From: Pristiophorus japonicus
Taxonomy: Eukaryota
Direction of reading: 5' to 3'
Length of the DNA: 64,000 nt
Assembly (NCBI RefSeq): GCF_044704955.1
Contig: NC_091984.1
Span: 123,318,001-123,382,000, forward strand
The translations under genes and the position numbers were made by a program. Shown here one piece after another: positions 24,525-37,717 of this stretch. The notes under the pieces are model-generated. The model was not told the DNA's origin, did no database searches, and worked only from the letters and a program-made list of their open reading frames with translations. Each line of letters starts with the position of its first letter. The first letter of the stretch is position 1.

Positions 24525-25330
24525 AGATATAAGCCATTCAGTCCGAGTCTGTGCTGGTGTTTATACTCTACACTAGTCACCTCATTCCATCTGCCTCATC
24601 TTACTTAGCCTTTCACTATATCTTTGTTCCTTTTTCTCTCATGTACTCGTCTAGTTTCCTTTTGAAAGCATCTAAAGTATTTGCCTTAACCACTTCCTGT
24701 GGTAACGAGTTCCACATTCTAACCACTCACTGAGTAAAGAAATTTCTCATGTCCTTATTGGATTTTTTATAACTAGCTTGCATTTATGGCCCCTAGTTTT
24801 GGATTCGCCCACAAGTAGAAACTCTCGGGTCACCTCCAAGTCTTTTTGCCTTAACCTGTTCAATTTTTCCCTGTTAGCTGCAATCTCATCATTCTGGTAC
24901 CATCCTTATAAATCTTTTTGCACTTTCTCCAGAATATAAAAAAGGACATTGTAGCACTGGAGCCCAGAACTGTGCATAGTGATCCAAGTACAGCCTGGCC
25001 AGTCCTACACAAGTTCAACAGAACATCACTACTTTTAAATTCTATAAATCCCAGTGCTTTATTAGCATTTTTAATTGCTTTGCTGACCTGCAATGCTGCT
25101 TTTAATGATTTGTTCTGCATAGATTCCAGCACCATTTCTTCTCTGAAGTCATCTATAGTTCCCAGGTTGTGTTCCATCTCTTTCATATAGGAACACCATT
25201 AACTACCCAGCAGTCCTCTTCTGGCACTTTACCATCTCAGATAGATAAATCACTATCTATCTATTGTGCCTCTGCTAGCTCCTTCCTAGTTCCTTGAATC
25301 AGCATGGTTGCATAGCATTCAGATCTGGGG
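24525..25330 (-). mobile_element. old CR1 3' fragment
   Basis: ORF 24860-25186 QVSKAIKNANKALGFIEFKSSDVLLNL matches the CR1 RT thumb region. Confidence 0.75.
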
Positions 25331-26427
25331 TTTTATCTTTACTTTTGCTAGTTTGTCAATATTTTAAGAACATAAGAATATTTTCTCCATTTCTATTCCC
25401 ATTTGTATTAATATTCTGTTTAAGCTCATCCTCGTGCAGTGTCTTTGATCTCTCTGACCAAGCTTTTGATCACCTGTGCTAATTTCTACTTATGCTGCTC
25501 GATGTCAAATTCTTTAATTGCATAATACTCCTGTGAAGCACCTTGGGATATTTCATTGCGTTAAAGGCATTATAGAAATACAAGTTGTTATCTATTTCAA
25601 TTATATTCTTGAGTAAAGATAGAGGCAAAGTTGTTACTCAATACATCTGCCATTACCTGTGCATTTATCTTGCTCGTCCTTTAATGGTCCTATCCACAAT
25701 TTCATTTTCTTTGTTATTTGTGTATCTTTAAGAACCCATTTCTTCATATTCCAGTGACCACAGATTGCATTATAGTTTAAAAAGATGGAGTTAGTAAACC
25801 TAGCTGGAATCAAACATTTTTTTCACTTTACTAGTGAAGAGACACGTGAGGAAGTTCCGAAAGCTTGCCCCACATCTACAACCGTGTAATATTTTGAGGC
25901 ATTTACCTGTATGGCCTGGAGGGGAATCTTATTTTAATTCAGGTTCTCAGACTGCTAGAGAGGTTAGATTTTTCTTACAAAGCATTAACTCCCGAAGTTA
26001 CAACTTTGACACAAGGGGGCGATATTACGATCACAGGTCATGTTACCATTTAACTAGATATTGGCAGTAAAAGATGTACTGTAAATCACTGGGGTTAGGT
26101 GCTCAACTTACAGGAGTAATCAATGATGCTACGCTAACTTTTCTCTTTCCTGATGTTAATGTTTTCATCTCATAATACTCCTGTGAAGTGCCTTAGGACA
26201 TTTCACTACGTTAAAAGGCACTATTTTAATACAAATTATTGTGATTATTGACCTGCCATTGTGTGTTTTTATTTCAGATTTCCAACATTTACAGTTTTTC
26301 CTTCTTAATTGATCCCTTTTATACCACTTTGCCATGTTGACTGGGATACACTACCTCAAAAGGATTATGATGTTGCATTGAAATTGTGCCTTCTAAATGG
26401 ACATGGTGAGGTGAACGGACCATCATC

Positions 26428-27531
26428 ATGACTACTACTTATGAAGAATATATTGCTCCTCAGGGAACACTGGTGAAGCCTTACTACTGGTTGTGTTTCA
26501 CAAAAAGCTGTCCAAAATGTCCATATCACATCAAAACCGGGGAAGAGGCACGCATTTCCTATGTAGAATTTTATGAAACCTTTGGGTTTCCCTATGCTCA
26601 GCCACAGTCTAGCAGGCATCTGGTCTTCTATGAACTGAAGTTATCATCTGGTACTTTAGTGCAGAAAGGACATGTAACCAACTGTACTTTATACCACCTT
26701 CATCCAGAATCCATGTTCTTTGATATAGATGGCTACCTGGATACACTCATGTACTCCTATGAAAACATTGCTTATATTACCATCTACTCCAATTACACCC
26801 CATGTAATGAAAGAGCCCACTACTGCATAAACAAAATGTGTGATTTTTTGGCAAATTATCCCAGCACTAGGTTGGATATTTATTTCTCTGCATTCTATCA
26901 TATTGATGACTACTTCTCGGAATCTGGATGGAATAGAGAAGCTCTCCACAACTTGGCAGCACTTTGGCCGAGAGTAACCCTCAATCCCATCTGTAGTGGG
27001 ACGTGGCTAACTATTCTTCACAGATTTGTGAATGGTGTGCCTCGGACAGCACTTTACAACCCAGTTTCGCCGGAACGAGCTTTCGCGGACCTGAGCAATG
27101 CCCATCAGATAGGTGCCATCACTGGAGTTAATCCTGCTTACATAGACATCATACCTCAAGTGAAACATCAAAAGCAACATTTTAAACCAGCATGCGTGAA
27201 TTTGTACCCCTTTTCACAAGCACCGCCGCCAATTATAAATAGAATGGCATTCATGGCTCCACACCAACCATACATGAATTTTCCAAACATGCTGCTATTG
27301 CCTTGGTCTATGTACCCACTTCAACCACAGAACATTAAACCGAAGAATGTTGTGAGACACCTGAACATGCCCGACTCATCCAAATGGAAAGCACCAGCAA
27401 ATCCATCACCACACAATGTGAGAGTAGCTGAAATAGTCGAAGTTTTCGAAGTTCCGGTGAAGAAAAGACCAAACAATTCAAAGCAAAAGAGGAAGACAGG
27501 GAAAAGGGAAAAATCTACAAGAAGGGATTAG
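26428..27531 (+). CDS. APOBEC4: APOBEC4, putative C->U deaminase (AID/APOBEC family), 367 aa, single coding exon
   Basis: Diagnostic A4 sequence YEEY..GTLVKPYYWL..CPYHIKTGEEAR, FYELK.SSG.LVQKGH, HPESM (26701), SNYTPCNERAHYC (26788-26826), WNREAL..LA.LWPRV, KP.NVVRHLNMP, basic C-terminus; uninterrupted ORF. Confidence 0.97.
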   Translation: MTTTYEEYIAPQGTLVKPYYWLCFTKSCPKCPYHIKTGEEARISYVEFYETFGFPYAQPQSSRHLVFYELKLSSGTLVQKGHVTNCTLYHLHPESMFFDIDGYLDTLMYSYENIAYITIYSNYTPCNERAHYCINKMCDFLANYPSTRLDIYFSAFYHIDDYFSESGWNREALHNLAALWPRVTLNPICSGTWLTILHRFVNGVPRTALYNPVSPERAFADLSNAHQIGAITGVNPAYIDIIPQVKHQKQHFKPACVNLYPFSQAPPPIINRMAFMAPHQPYMNFPNMLLLPWSMYPLQPQNIKPKNVVRHLNMPDSSKWKAPANPSPHNVRVAEIVEVFEVPVKKRPNNSKQKRKTGKREKSTRRD

Positions 27532-27654
27532 CCGACAAAATCAGCCCTTTTAAACTGGTTAGAATCTCAAACTAAAGCAAGATCCCATTTAGATAGCACG
27601 AAGGGCCACAATTTGGCTCAATATAATCCACTATCATGGTGTTTACACAGGAAG

Positions 27655-29200
27655 TATAATTAGGAATAAGTCATTCAGCCCATCAATCCTATTCAATAAC
27701 TTTGGTTAGCCATGGCAGCTTCAATTTCTAATCACAGTTCCTTCCCTTTTTGCCCCATCCTGGAACACCCCAATTTCCCAAATATTGGTCCCCAAACCAA
27801 ATCAACACACTTTGCACCCGTTGTCTTCAGGAGCAGTGCATTCACATTCGGAAATCCTGGAAGAGTTTTTTTTTTCCTGGTTTCACTTTTCATGAACTTT
27901 GCTTGAATTCCATGAGCATCTCCCCTGGTTCTGGATTCTCAGTGTTGTTCCCCATCTCCTTTCTAAATCAAAACACTCAAGTCCAGGAAATACAATCCAA
28001 ATCTATCCAATCGATCATAATTTAGTCTTCACCCGATGCCAGGTATCATGCAGGTGAATTGTCTCAGTACTTTCCTCGAAGGCCAGTATATATTCTTTTT
28101 TTGGGCATCTCACCAAGCTGAACACAATATTCCAGTTCTCAAATACTCTAAAAATGGCCGTAGTACTTAATGGTTTTTATATTCCATTACCTATTGTACT
28201 GAATCTATCATCCCATTAGTCTTTATTATCAATTTTGCACTCCAAGCTAGCTTATGATATTAAAAACCAAAAGTGCTGGAAATACTCAGGTCAGGCAGCA
28301 TCTGTGGAGAGAGAAACAAAGTTTGTGTTTCAAGTCGATGACCCTTCGCTAGAACTCAAAATACCATTCTGGATAAGGGTCATCGACCTGAAACGGTAAC
28401 TCTGCTTCTCTCTCCACAGATGCTGTCTGACCTGCTGAGTGTTGCCAGCATGTTCGGTTTTCATTTCAGATTTCCAGCATTTTGCTTTTGTGCTAGCTTA
28501 TAACAGAGACCCTCAAATCCCTTTCCTAATCTACCATCCCAGCACTTCATTTTCATTACACTCCCACCTGCCATTCTTTCAGATAATGTGCACCACCTCA
28601 CAGTATGTTAAACTGCCTCTGCCATCATTCTGCCCACTTGTTTAGTCTTTAAATGCTCTTTTGCAATTTTTACTCTTCACAATTCATTATATCCACTAGT
28701 CAAGTATCATGAGGCGAGCACTGATCAGAGGGACACCACTTGTCCTCCAAGAATGCTCTTTATCCCAGCATACTACCTTCTACCTCAACCAATTTCCTAC
28801 CCATGACATGAGGCTATCACTAATGCTACAGGTTTTAGTTTTAGCTAGCAATCTCGTGTGGAACCATATCAAATCAGTTCTGAACATCCATGTACATTAC
28901 ATCCATTGATCTTCTGTCCATCACCTCATTGACTGTTGTGGACGTCTATTAGGTTAGACAGACAAGACCTACCTTTTGGTGAAACCATGCCATTGCTCCC
29001 CAATCAGCTTATACCTGTCCATGTACTTATTGCTGTCTCTGATGGATTCTAGCAATTTTTCCATGACGAAAAAACTCCCTAGCTTATAGTAACTTGGGCT
29101 GTCCCTTCCTCCTCTTGATTAAAAGGTTTAAAATTTAATACCTTCCAATCCTCTGGTCCGTGCACAAATCCAGCAACCTTTGGAAGGCTATTAATGAATC
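27655..29200 (-). mobile_element. old CR1 ORF2 remnant (host of the palindromic insert)
   Basis: reverse-strand QHGF-like (gaaaccatgc), GVP-like (gggacaccact) and CR1 3'-end-like sequence near 27660. Confidence 0.6.
28256..28491. mobile_element. palindromic Penelope-terminal-repeat-like retroelement with two decayed hammerhead motifs
   Basis: about 93-bp inverted arms 28262-28354 / 28367-28462; TSD gctagcttat at 28246-28255 and 28492-28501. Confidence 0.65.
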
Positions 29201-31149
29201 ACCAAATATTTTGCTTTTTTAACAAAAAAGTGATTCAGATTTTTAAAATATTGACCAAAAACTCCAAGCAAGTTATACTGATGCCAAAGACCCAACAGTA
29301 CAAGGGAGAATTGAAATGGGGGGGGGGGGGGAAAAAAAAAAAATCAATATTGTGCCTGGGTTACTGACCATCTCCATTGATGCTAATTCATATTCACCAC
29401 AGTATCAGGCTTGGCAATTTGCCAATCTATGGTTTAATTTGGAAAAGGAAGAACAGGTAATGAATATACAGAAAGTCTATACGGTAAGTGCTGGGACAGC
29501 TACTGAAAGCTTGTCATTTAATGCAAATAAAGCAATAAAAGGCAAGACCCATGTTGTGTAAAATAAGATTTTTAAAATCGTATCTCAAGGAGGGAAAGTT
29601 TACAGGAAACAGTTTTAAAATCCCAATGATCATATTGTGTTTTCTTTAAGTTTCAAATTGGGGATAGCAAGTCACAATTTAAAAAGATTAAAGACAAGTT
29701 ACCAACTTGTTTCGAGAATTGTATTTCCACCTGAAGCATGTTTTGATTGATCAGTTTATCACAGATATTGCCAGTATTGATCTGTTTATTATAAGGATAT
29801 TGCCAGTATTAATCAGATTAGACTTTGATTGTGGAAAGTGTCAATTAAATGAGTTTTACACATTAATAAAATCAAAAGTTAATCTTTTATTATAACATGT
29901 GCAGTTTAATTTAGTAATTTAAGTTTTCAAGCTGCGAGGAATATAAACAAACAGTCTTAAAAATAAACTACATGGGAATGGAAATTTTTTTTTTTATAAA
30001 CCAATGCTGCAAATTGTCTTCTGTACTTTAGAGTAGGAGCAAAATGCAATGCAGATTCCAGATATATACATGCAAGATGGAGAAGGGTTTACAAAACAGA
30101 ATAAAATAAAGAAACCCCCAAAAAGTACAACTCAATTTAAAAAAAAAGTCTGTTCTATACTTCGGCTAACTTAGACTACAACCCAGCCTTGCACCATAGT
30201 TTTAAAATGTCATGTGTGCTTTGCCAAAAAAAAAGTCCACAAGCATTAAACTAGCTATAAACTCACACACTGCATCAATACCAGCAGTCATCCATTAACC
30301 TCTGAATAGGCTTTATCAAACCACCTGGAGCATCAATTATATAAAAAGTCAGCTGAATCACTGGGCTAATATTCAACACAATTACTCATCCATTATTTTA
30401 TACATCATTTCTGAGAATTGCCCATTAGTATTGAAATCAACTGGCTACAGCCATCAGAATGAGGCTACAAATACACACTTCAAAATAGAAAATAAAGAGT
30501 ATTCCTGACTGGATATGGAATGCTGCAAAGAAAATGTCACAATGGGACAGATTTTGCAGTCAGCGGCGAATAAATGGCACAGTCGTTCATTATACTTGCC
30601 ACAGCAGTGGAACTTGCTGTGACTGGAAATCCAATTCAGCACTGTGCCTTCTACAGGGGATCTAGGACCTGTGTGAACAGGTCAAGCAAGTGTGCATCTC
30701 CTCAACCAATAAGGGAGAATCATGAACAATGCAGATTCTGAACCAGGAAGTGTCAGTTACAATATTGAATTCAATGCCAAATCATACAGAAATGAGAGAA
30801 AGATGGGATTGAGAAAAGGAGAACGAGAAAGAGAAGACGAGAGAAGTTAAAAACAATATTAAAAAAAATCTCCAACAGTAATTAAAATCTGAAGGAATGA
30901 GACTCCACACTTATTAAAGTTAATTTTCAGTGTCAGGGAGGTTGTTTGGTAGTAATCAAGACTTTTCACAAATTAAAAATTGACTACAAGCTCTAACTTT
31001 TTCCTGGAGAATTTAGTGGGTATCTATCACACAAGTACAGCAACTTCACATCCTTCAAGTATTTCAATGCCAAGTCTCTAGGCTTCATTCAAGGGTCATG
31101 TTCAACACGGACTCCAGTTCAGGGTGCATTTACACAATACCCAGATCAT

Positions 31150-34100
31150 CAAAATAGGTAATAATCTCAGGATTGCTACCAGTGCCACGTGCTAGTCAGT
31201 GTAGAAATAGCAGGATAGCTATGATGAATACATAGCTTGAGGAATGGTGCAAGAGGGAGGGATTCAAATTCCTGGGACATTGGAACCAGTTCTGGGAGAG
31301 GTGGGATCAGTACAAACTGAACAGTCTGCACCTGGGCAGGACTGGAGCTGCTGTCCTAGGAGGAGTGTTTGCTAGTGCTATTGGGGTGGATTTAAAATAA
31401 TAGAGCAGGGGGATGGGAACCTATGCAGGGAAACAGAGGGAAGTAAAATGAGGTCAGAATCAAAAGATAGAAAGGAGACAAGTAAACGTGGAGGGCAGAA
31501 AAATCAAAGACAAAGATCAAGATCAAAAAGGGCCACATTACAGCATAATTCTAAAAAGGACAAAAAGAGGTTTAAAAAAAAAAATCACAAGCCTGAAGGC
31601 TCGGTGTCTCAATGTGATGAGCATTCGTAATAAGTTGGATGAATTAACTGCGCAGATAGCAGTAAATGGATATGATGTAATTGGGATTACGGAGACATGA
31701 CTCCAGGGTGACCAAGGCTGGGAACTCAACATCCAGGAAAGATACAGAAAGGAAAAGGAAGTGGGGTAGTGTTGCTGGTCAGAGGAGATTAACACAATAT
31801 TAAGGAAGGACATTAGCGAGGATGAGGTGGAATCTGCATGGGTAGAGCTGCGGAATACCAAAGGACAGAAAATGCTAGTGGGAGTTGTGTACAGACCACC
31901 AATTATGGTAGTGAGGTTGGGGATGGCATCAAACAGGAAATTAGGGATACATGCAATAAAAAGGTACAGCAGTTGTCATGGGTGACTTTAATCTACATAT
32001 AGATTGGGCTAACCAAACTGGTAGCAATACAGTGGAGGAGGATTTCCTGGAGTGTATAAGGGATGGCTTTCTAGACCACTATGTCGAGGAATCAACAAGA
32101 GAGCTGGCCATCCTAGACTGGGTTGTGTATAAAGAGAGGATTAATTAGCAATCTTGTTGAGGGGCCCCTTGAGGAAGAGTGACCATAATATGGTAGAATT
32201 CTTCATTAAGATGGAGAGGGACACAGTTAATACAGAGACGAGAGTCCTGAAAAAGAAAGGTAACTTCGACGAGACGTAAATTGGCTAGGATAGACTGGCG
32301 AATAATACTTAAAGGTTGATGGTGGATAGGCAATGGCAGACATTTAAAGATCACATGGATGAACTTCAACAATTGTACATCCCTGTCTGGCGTAAAAATA
32401 AAAAAAACGGGAAAGGTGGCTCAACCGTGGCTTACAAGGGAAATTAGGGATAGTGTTAAATCCAAGGAAGAGGCATATAAATTGGCCCAAAAAAGCAGCA
32501 AATCTGAGGACTGGGACAAATTTAGAATTCAGCAGAGGGGAACAAAGTATTTAAATTAGGAGGGGAAAAAAAAAAAGAAGTGTATGAGTAAGCTTGCAGG
32601 AGACATAAAAACTGACTGCAAAAGCTTCTAGAGATACATGGAGAAAAAGATTAGTGGTGAAGACAAATGTAAGTCCCTACAGTCAGAATCAGGTGAAGTC
32701 ATAATTGGGAACAAAGAAATGGCAGACCAATTGAACAAATACTTGGCTTGTGTCTTCACTAAGGAAGACAGAAATAACCTTCTGGAAATACTAGGGGACC
32801 GAGGGTCTAGCGAGAAGGAGGAACGAAAGGAAATCCTTATCAGTCAGCAAATTGTGTTAGGGAAATTGACGGTATTGAAGGCAGATAAATCCCCGGGGCC
32901 TGATAGTCTGCATCCCAGAGTACTTAAGGAATTGGCCCTAGAAATAGTGGATGCATTGGTGGTCATTTTCCAACATTCTATCGACTCTGGATCCGTTCCT
33001 ATGGACTGGAGGGTAGCTAATGTAACCCCACTTTTTAAAAAAAAGGAGGGAGAGAAAACAGGGAATTATAGACCGGTCAACCTGACATTTGTGGTGGGGA
33101 AAATGTTGGAATCAATTATTAAAGATGAAATAGCAGCACATTTGGAAAGCAGTGACAGGATCGGTCCAAGTCAGCATAGATTTATGAAGGGGAAATCATG
33201 CTTGACAAATCTTCTAGAATTTTTGGAGGATGTAACTAGTAGAGTGGACAAGGGGGAGCCAGTGGATGTGGTGCATTGAGACTTTCAAAAGGCTTTTCAC
33301 AAGGTGCCACATAAGAGATTAGTGTGCAAAAGTAAAGCACCTGGTATTGGGGGTAATGTACTGACATGGATAGAGAACTGGTTAGCAGACAGGAAGTAGA
33401 GAGAGTAGGAATAAATGTGTCCTTTTCAGAATGGCAGGCAGTGACTAGTGGGGTACCTCAAGGTTCACTGCTGGGACACCAGCTATTTACAATATACATT
33501 AATGATTTAGATGAAGGAATTGAATGTAATATCTCCAAGTTTGCAGATGACACCAAGCTGGGTGGCAGTGTGAGCTGTGAGGAGGATGCTAGAAGGCTGC
33601 AGGGTGATTTGGACAGGTAAGGTGTGTGGGCAAATACATGGCAGATGCAGTATAATGTGGATAAATGTGAGGTTATTCACTTTGGTTGTAAAAACAGGAG
33701 GGCTGATTATTTTCTGAATGGTGCCAGATTGGTAAAGGGGGAGATGCAAAGACATGGGTGTCATGGTACATCAGTCATTGAAAGTTGGCATGCAAGTACA
33801 GCAGACTGTGAAGATGGCAGATTGGCCTTCATAGCGAGAGAATGAGTGTTTCGGAGCAGGGAGGTCTTACTGCAGTTGTACAGGGCCTTGATGAAGCCAC
33901 ACCTTGAATGTTGTGTACAGTTTTGGTCTCTTAATCGGAGAAAGGACATTCTTGCTATTGAGGGAGCGCAGCGAAGGTTCACCAGATGGTTTTTGGGATG
34001 ACAGGACTGACATATGAAGAAAGACTGGATCGACTAGGCTTATATTCACTGGAATTTAGATGAATGAGAGGGGATCTCATAGAAACATAACATTCTGACA

Positions 34101-34430
34101 GGATTGGACTGGTTAGATGCAGGAAGAATGTTCCTGATGTTGGGGAATTCCAAAACCAGGGGTCACAGTCTAAGGATAAGGGGTAAGCCATTTAGGACCA
34201 AGATGAGGAGAAACTTCTGAGTTGTGGGCATATGGAATTCTCTACCACAGAAAAGTTGTGGGGGTCAGTTCATTAGATATGGCACTCGTGGCTAAAAGGG
34301 ATCAAGGGGTATGGAGAGAAAGCAGGAATGGGGTTCTGAAGTGCAAGATCAGCCATGATCATATTGAATGGTGGTGCAGGCTAGAAGGGCCAAATAGCCT
34401 ACTCCTGCACCTATTTTCTATGTTTCTATC
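31150..34430 (+). mobile_element. CR1 LINE, truncated in ORF1, frameshifted APE-RT
   Basis: same subfamily as 15739-20185: [41 protein letters not shown]; tail ttctatgtttctat. Confidence 0.93.
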
Positions 34431-35142
34431 AGTCACACCAACACTACAACTTGTAGTGTAAATGCACCCAATGACTGAGACTCTGCTGATTATTTAACTG
34501 TTATACCTGTACTATGATTTCATTGAGAGTCAATCTGCTTATAAGCAAATTCAGGTATAATATGTATGAGTCTCCAGATCCTAAGTATTTACATGCAAGC
34601 AAATTCCTCTGTACAGTACATTTAATTGATAGTGCCAACGCTCACTCTTGAAGCCCATGTCGATAGCAGTTGCTCAGAGAGGTACCAGCTGGCACTCAGT
34701 TGTACCCGAGCAAGGAAGTTGGAGGAGGATGGCGGGGTGGGAAAAGAGAAAGTAGAAAATTGACCAGAAATAAAAGATTAATTTGTGGATGTCCAGTCCT
34801 TGAGTGATTAAGCTTCTGTATTCTCTGTGCACACCTCGGTTTGTAAAACAATGTCTTTGACAATGTCATTGGTGCTTGGCGGAAACACCTTACACCACCT
34901 CAAAAGAATACTAGAGAAACATCGACAGAGTGTGTTGTGTGCTTTGACTCTCAAAATACCTCAAGATTTAGTTTCAAAAAGGTGGTTATTGGTAAGATGC
35001 AATGACAGATAGATAGTCAAAACAAAACGAGCCAGTGTTTCCATCCCCAGCCTATCACAACACTTCAGAGGTCCCTTTGATCTCTGGGAGGGATTGTTAG
35101 GTTTTGTTTATACCATATGCTTATTGCCAGTTTACAGCTGTG

Positions 35143-37717
35143 TGATGGGGTAGCGTTGCTGGTTAAAGACGAAATTAATGCAATATTAAGAAAGGACATT
35201 AACTTGGATGATGTGGAATCGGTATGGATGGAGCTGCGGAATACCAAGGGGCAGAAAACGCTAGTGGGAGGTGTGTACAGACCACCAAACAGTAGTAATA
35301 AGGTTGGGGACAGCATCAAACAAGAAATTAGGGATGCATGCAATAAAGCAGTTATCATGGGTGACTTTAATCTACATATTGATTGGGCTAACCAAACTGG
35401 TAGCAATGCAGTGGAGGAGGATTTTCTAGACCAATATGTCGAGGAACCAACTAGGGAGCTGGCCATCCTAGACTGGGTGATGTGTAATGAGAAAGGACTA
35501 ATTAGCAATCTGGTTGTGCGATGCCTCTTGAAGAGTGACCATAACATGGTAGAATTCTTTATTAAGATGGAGAGTGACAGTTAATTCAGAAACTAGGGTC
35601 CTGAACTTAAGGAAAGGTAACTTCAATGGTTTGAGGCATGAATTGGCTAGAATAGACTGGCAAACATTTAAAGATCACATGGATGAACTTCAGCAATTGT
35701 ACATCCCTGTCTGGAGTAAAAATAAAAATGGGGAAGGTGGCTCACCCGTGGCTAACAAGGGAAATTAAGGATAGTGTTAAATCCAAGGAAGAGGCATATA
35801 AATTGGCCAGAAAAAGCAGCAAACCTGAGGACTGGGAGAAATTTAGAATTCAGCAGAGGAGAACAAAGTGTTTAAATTAGGAGGGGGAAAATAGAGTACG
35901 AGTGTAAGCTTGCAGGAAACATAAAAACTGACTTCACATATCTATAGAAGCTTTTGCAGAGAAAAGAAGATTAGTGAAGACAAACATAGGTCCTTTGCAG
36001 TTGGATTCAGGTGAATTTATAATGGGGAACAAAGAAATGGCAGACCAGTTGGTTCTGTCTTCACGAAGGAAGACACATATAACCTTCCGGAAGTACTAGG
36101 GGACCAAGGGTCTAGTGAAAAGGAGGAACAGAAGGATATCCTTATTACGTGGGAAATTGTGTTAGGGAAAATGATGGGATTGAAGGCCGATAAATCCCCG
36201 GGGCCTGATAGGATGCATCCCAGGAGTACTTAAGGAAGTGGCCCTAGAAATAGTGGATGCATTGGTGATCATTTTCCAACAGTCTATCGACTCTGGATCA
36301 GTCCCTATGGACTGGAGGGTAGCTAATGTAACACCACTTTTTAAAAAAAGGAGGGAGAGAAAATGGGTAATTATAGGCCGGTTAGCCTGACATCAATAGT
36401 AGGGAAAATGTTGGAATCAATTATTAAAGATGAAATAACAGCACATTTGGAAAGCAGTGACAGGATCGGTCCAAGTCAGCATGGATTTATGAAGGAGAAA
36501 TCATGCTTGACAAATCTTGTAGAATTTTTTGAGGACATAACTAGTAGAGTGGACAAGGGAGAACCAATGGATGGGGTGTATTTGGACTTTCAAAAGGTTT
36601 TTGACAAGGTCCCACATAAAAGATTACTGCACAAGATAAATGTTCACGGGGTTGGGGGCAATATATTAGCACGGTTAGAGGATTGGTTAACAAACAGAAA
36701 ACAGAGTCGGGATAAATGGTTCATTCTCTGGTTGGCAACCAGTAACTAGTGGGGTGCCACAGGGCTCAGTGCTGGGACCCCAACTATTTACAATCTATAT
36801 TAACGACTTGAAAGAGGGGACTGAGTGTAACGTAGCCAAGTTTGCTGACAATACAAATATGGGAGGAAAACACAAAAAATCTGCAAAAGGACAGACAGGC
36901 TAAGCGAGTGGGCAAAAATTTGGCAGATGGAGTATTATATTGGAAAGTGTGAGGTAATGCGCTTAGGCAGCAAAAATCAAAGAGCAAGTTATTATTTAAA
37001 TGGAGAAAGATTGCAAAGTACCGCAGTACAGCGGGACCTGGGGGTATTTGCGCATGAAACACAAAAGGATAGTGTGCAGGTACAGCAAGTGATCAGGAAG
37101 GCCAATGGTATCTTGGCCTTTATTGCAAAAGCAGGGAAGTCTTACTACAGCTATATATGGTATTGGTGAGGTCACACCTGGAATACTGCATGCAGTTTTG
37201 GTTTCCATATTTACGAAAGGATATACTTGCTTTGGAGGCAGTTCAGAGAAGGTTCACTAGGTTGATTCTGGGGATGAGGGAGTTGACTTGAGGAAAGGTT
37301 GAGTAGGTTGGGCCTCTACTCATTGGAATTCAGAAGAATGAGGGGTGATCTTATCGGGACATAAGATTATGAAGGGGCTCGACAGGTTGGATGCAGAGAG
37401 GATGTTTCCACTGATGGGGGAGACTCGAACTAGAGGGCATGATCTTAGAATAAGGGGCCACCCATTTAAAACAGATGAGGAGAAATTTCTTGAGGGTTGT
37501 GAATCTGTGGAATTCGCTGCCTCAGAGAGCTGTGGAAGCTGGGATATTGAATAAATTTAAGACAGAAATAGACAGTTTCTTAATTGATAAGGGGATAAGG
37601 AGTTATGGGGAGCATGCAGGGAAGTGGAGCTGAATCAATGATCAATGATCTTATTGAATGGCAGAGCAGGCTCGAGGTGCTGTATGGCCTACTCCTGTTC
37701 CTATTTATGTTCTTATA
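35143..37717 (+). mobile_element. CR1 LINE, 5'-truncated, apparently chimeric between two subfamilies
   Basis: APE VYRPPN, IMGDFN, SDHN; RT motifs; 5' part matches the 15739/31150 copies, 3' part and tail ttatgttcttat match the 366-2476 copy. Confidence 0.9.

Noticed and set aside
1-26400. RGL1 or ARPC5 exons expected from human synteny
   Set aside because: No peptide matching either gene was recognised anywhere in the window.
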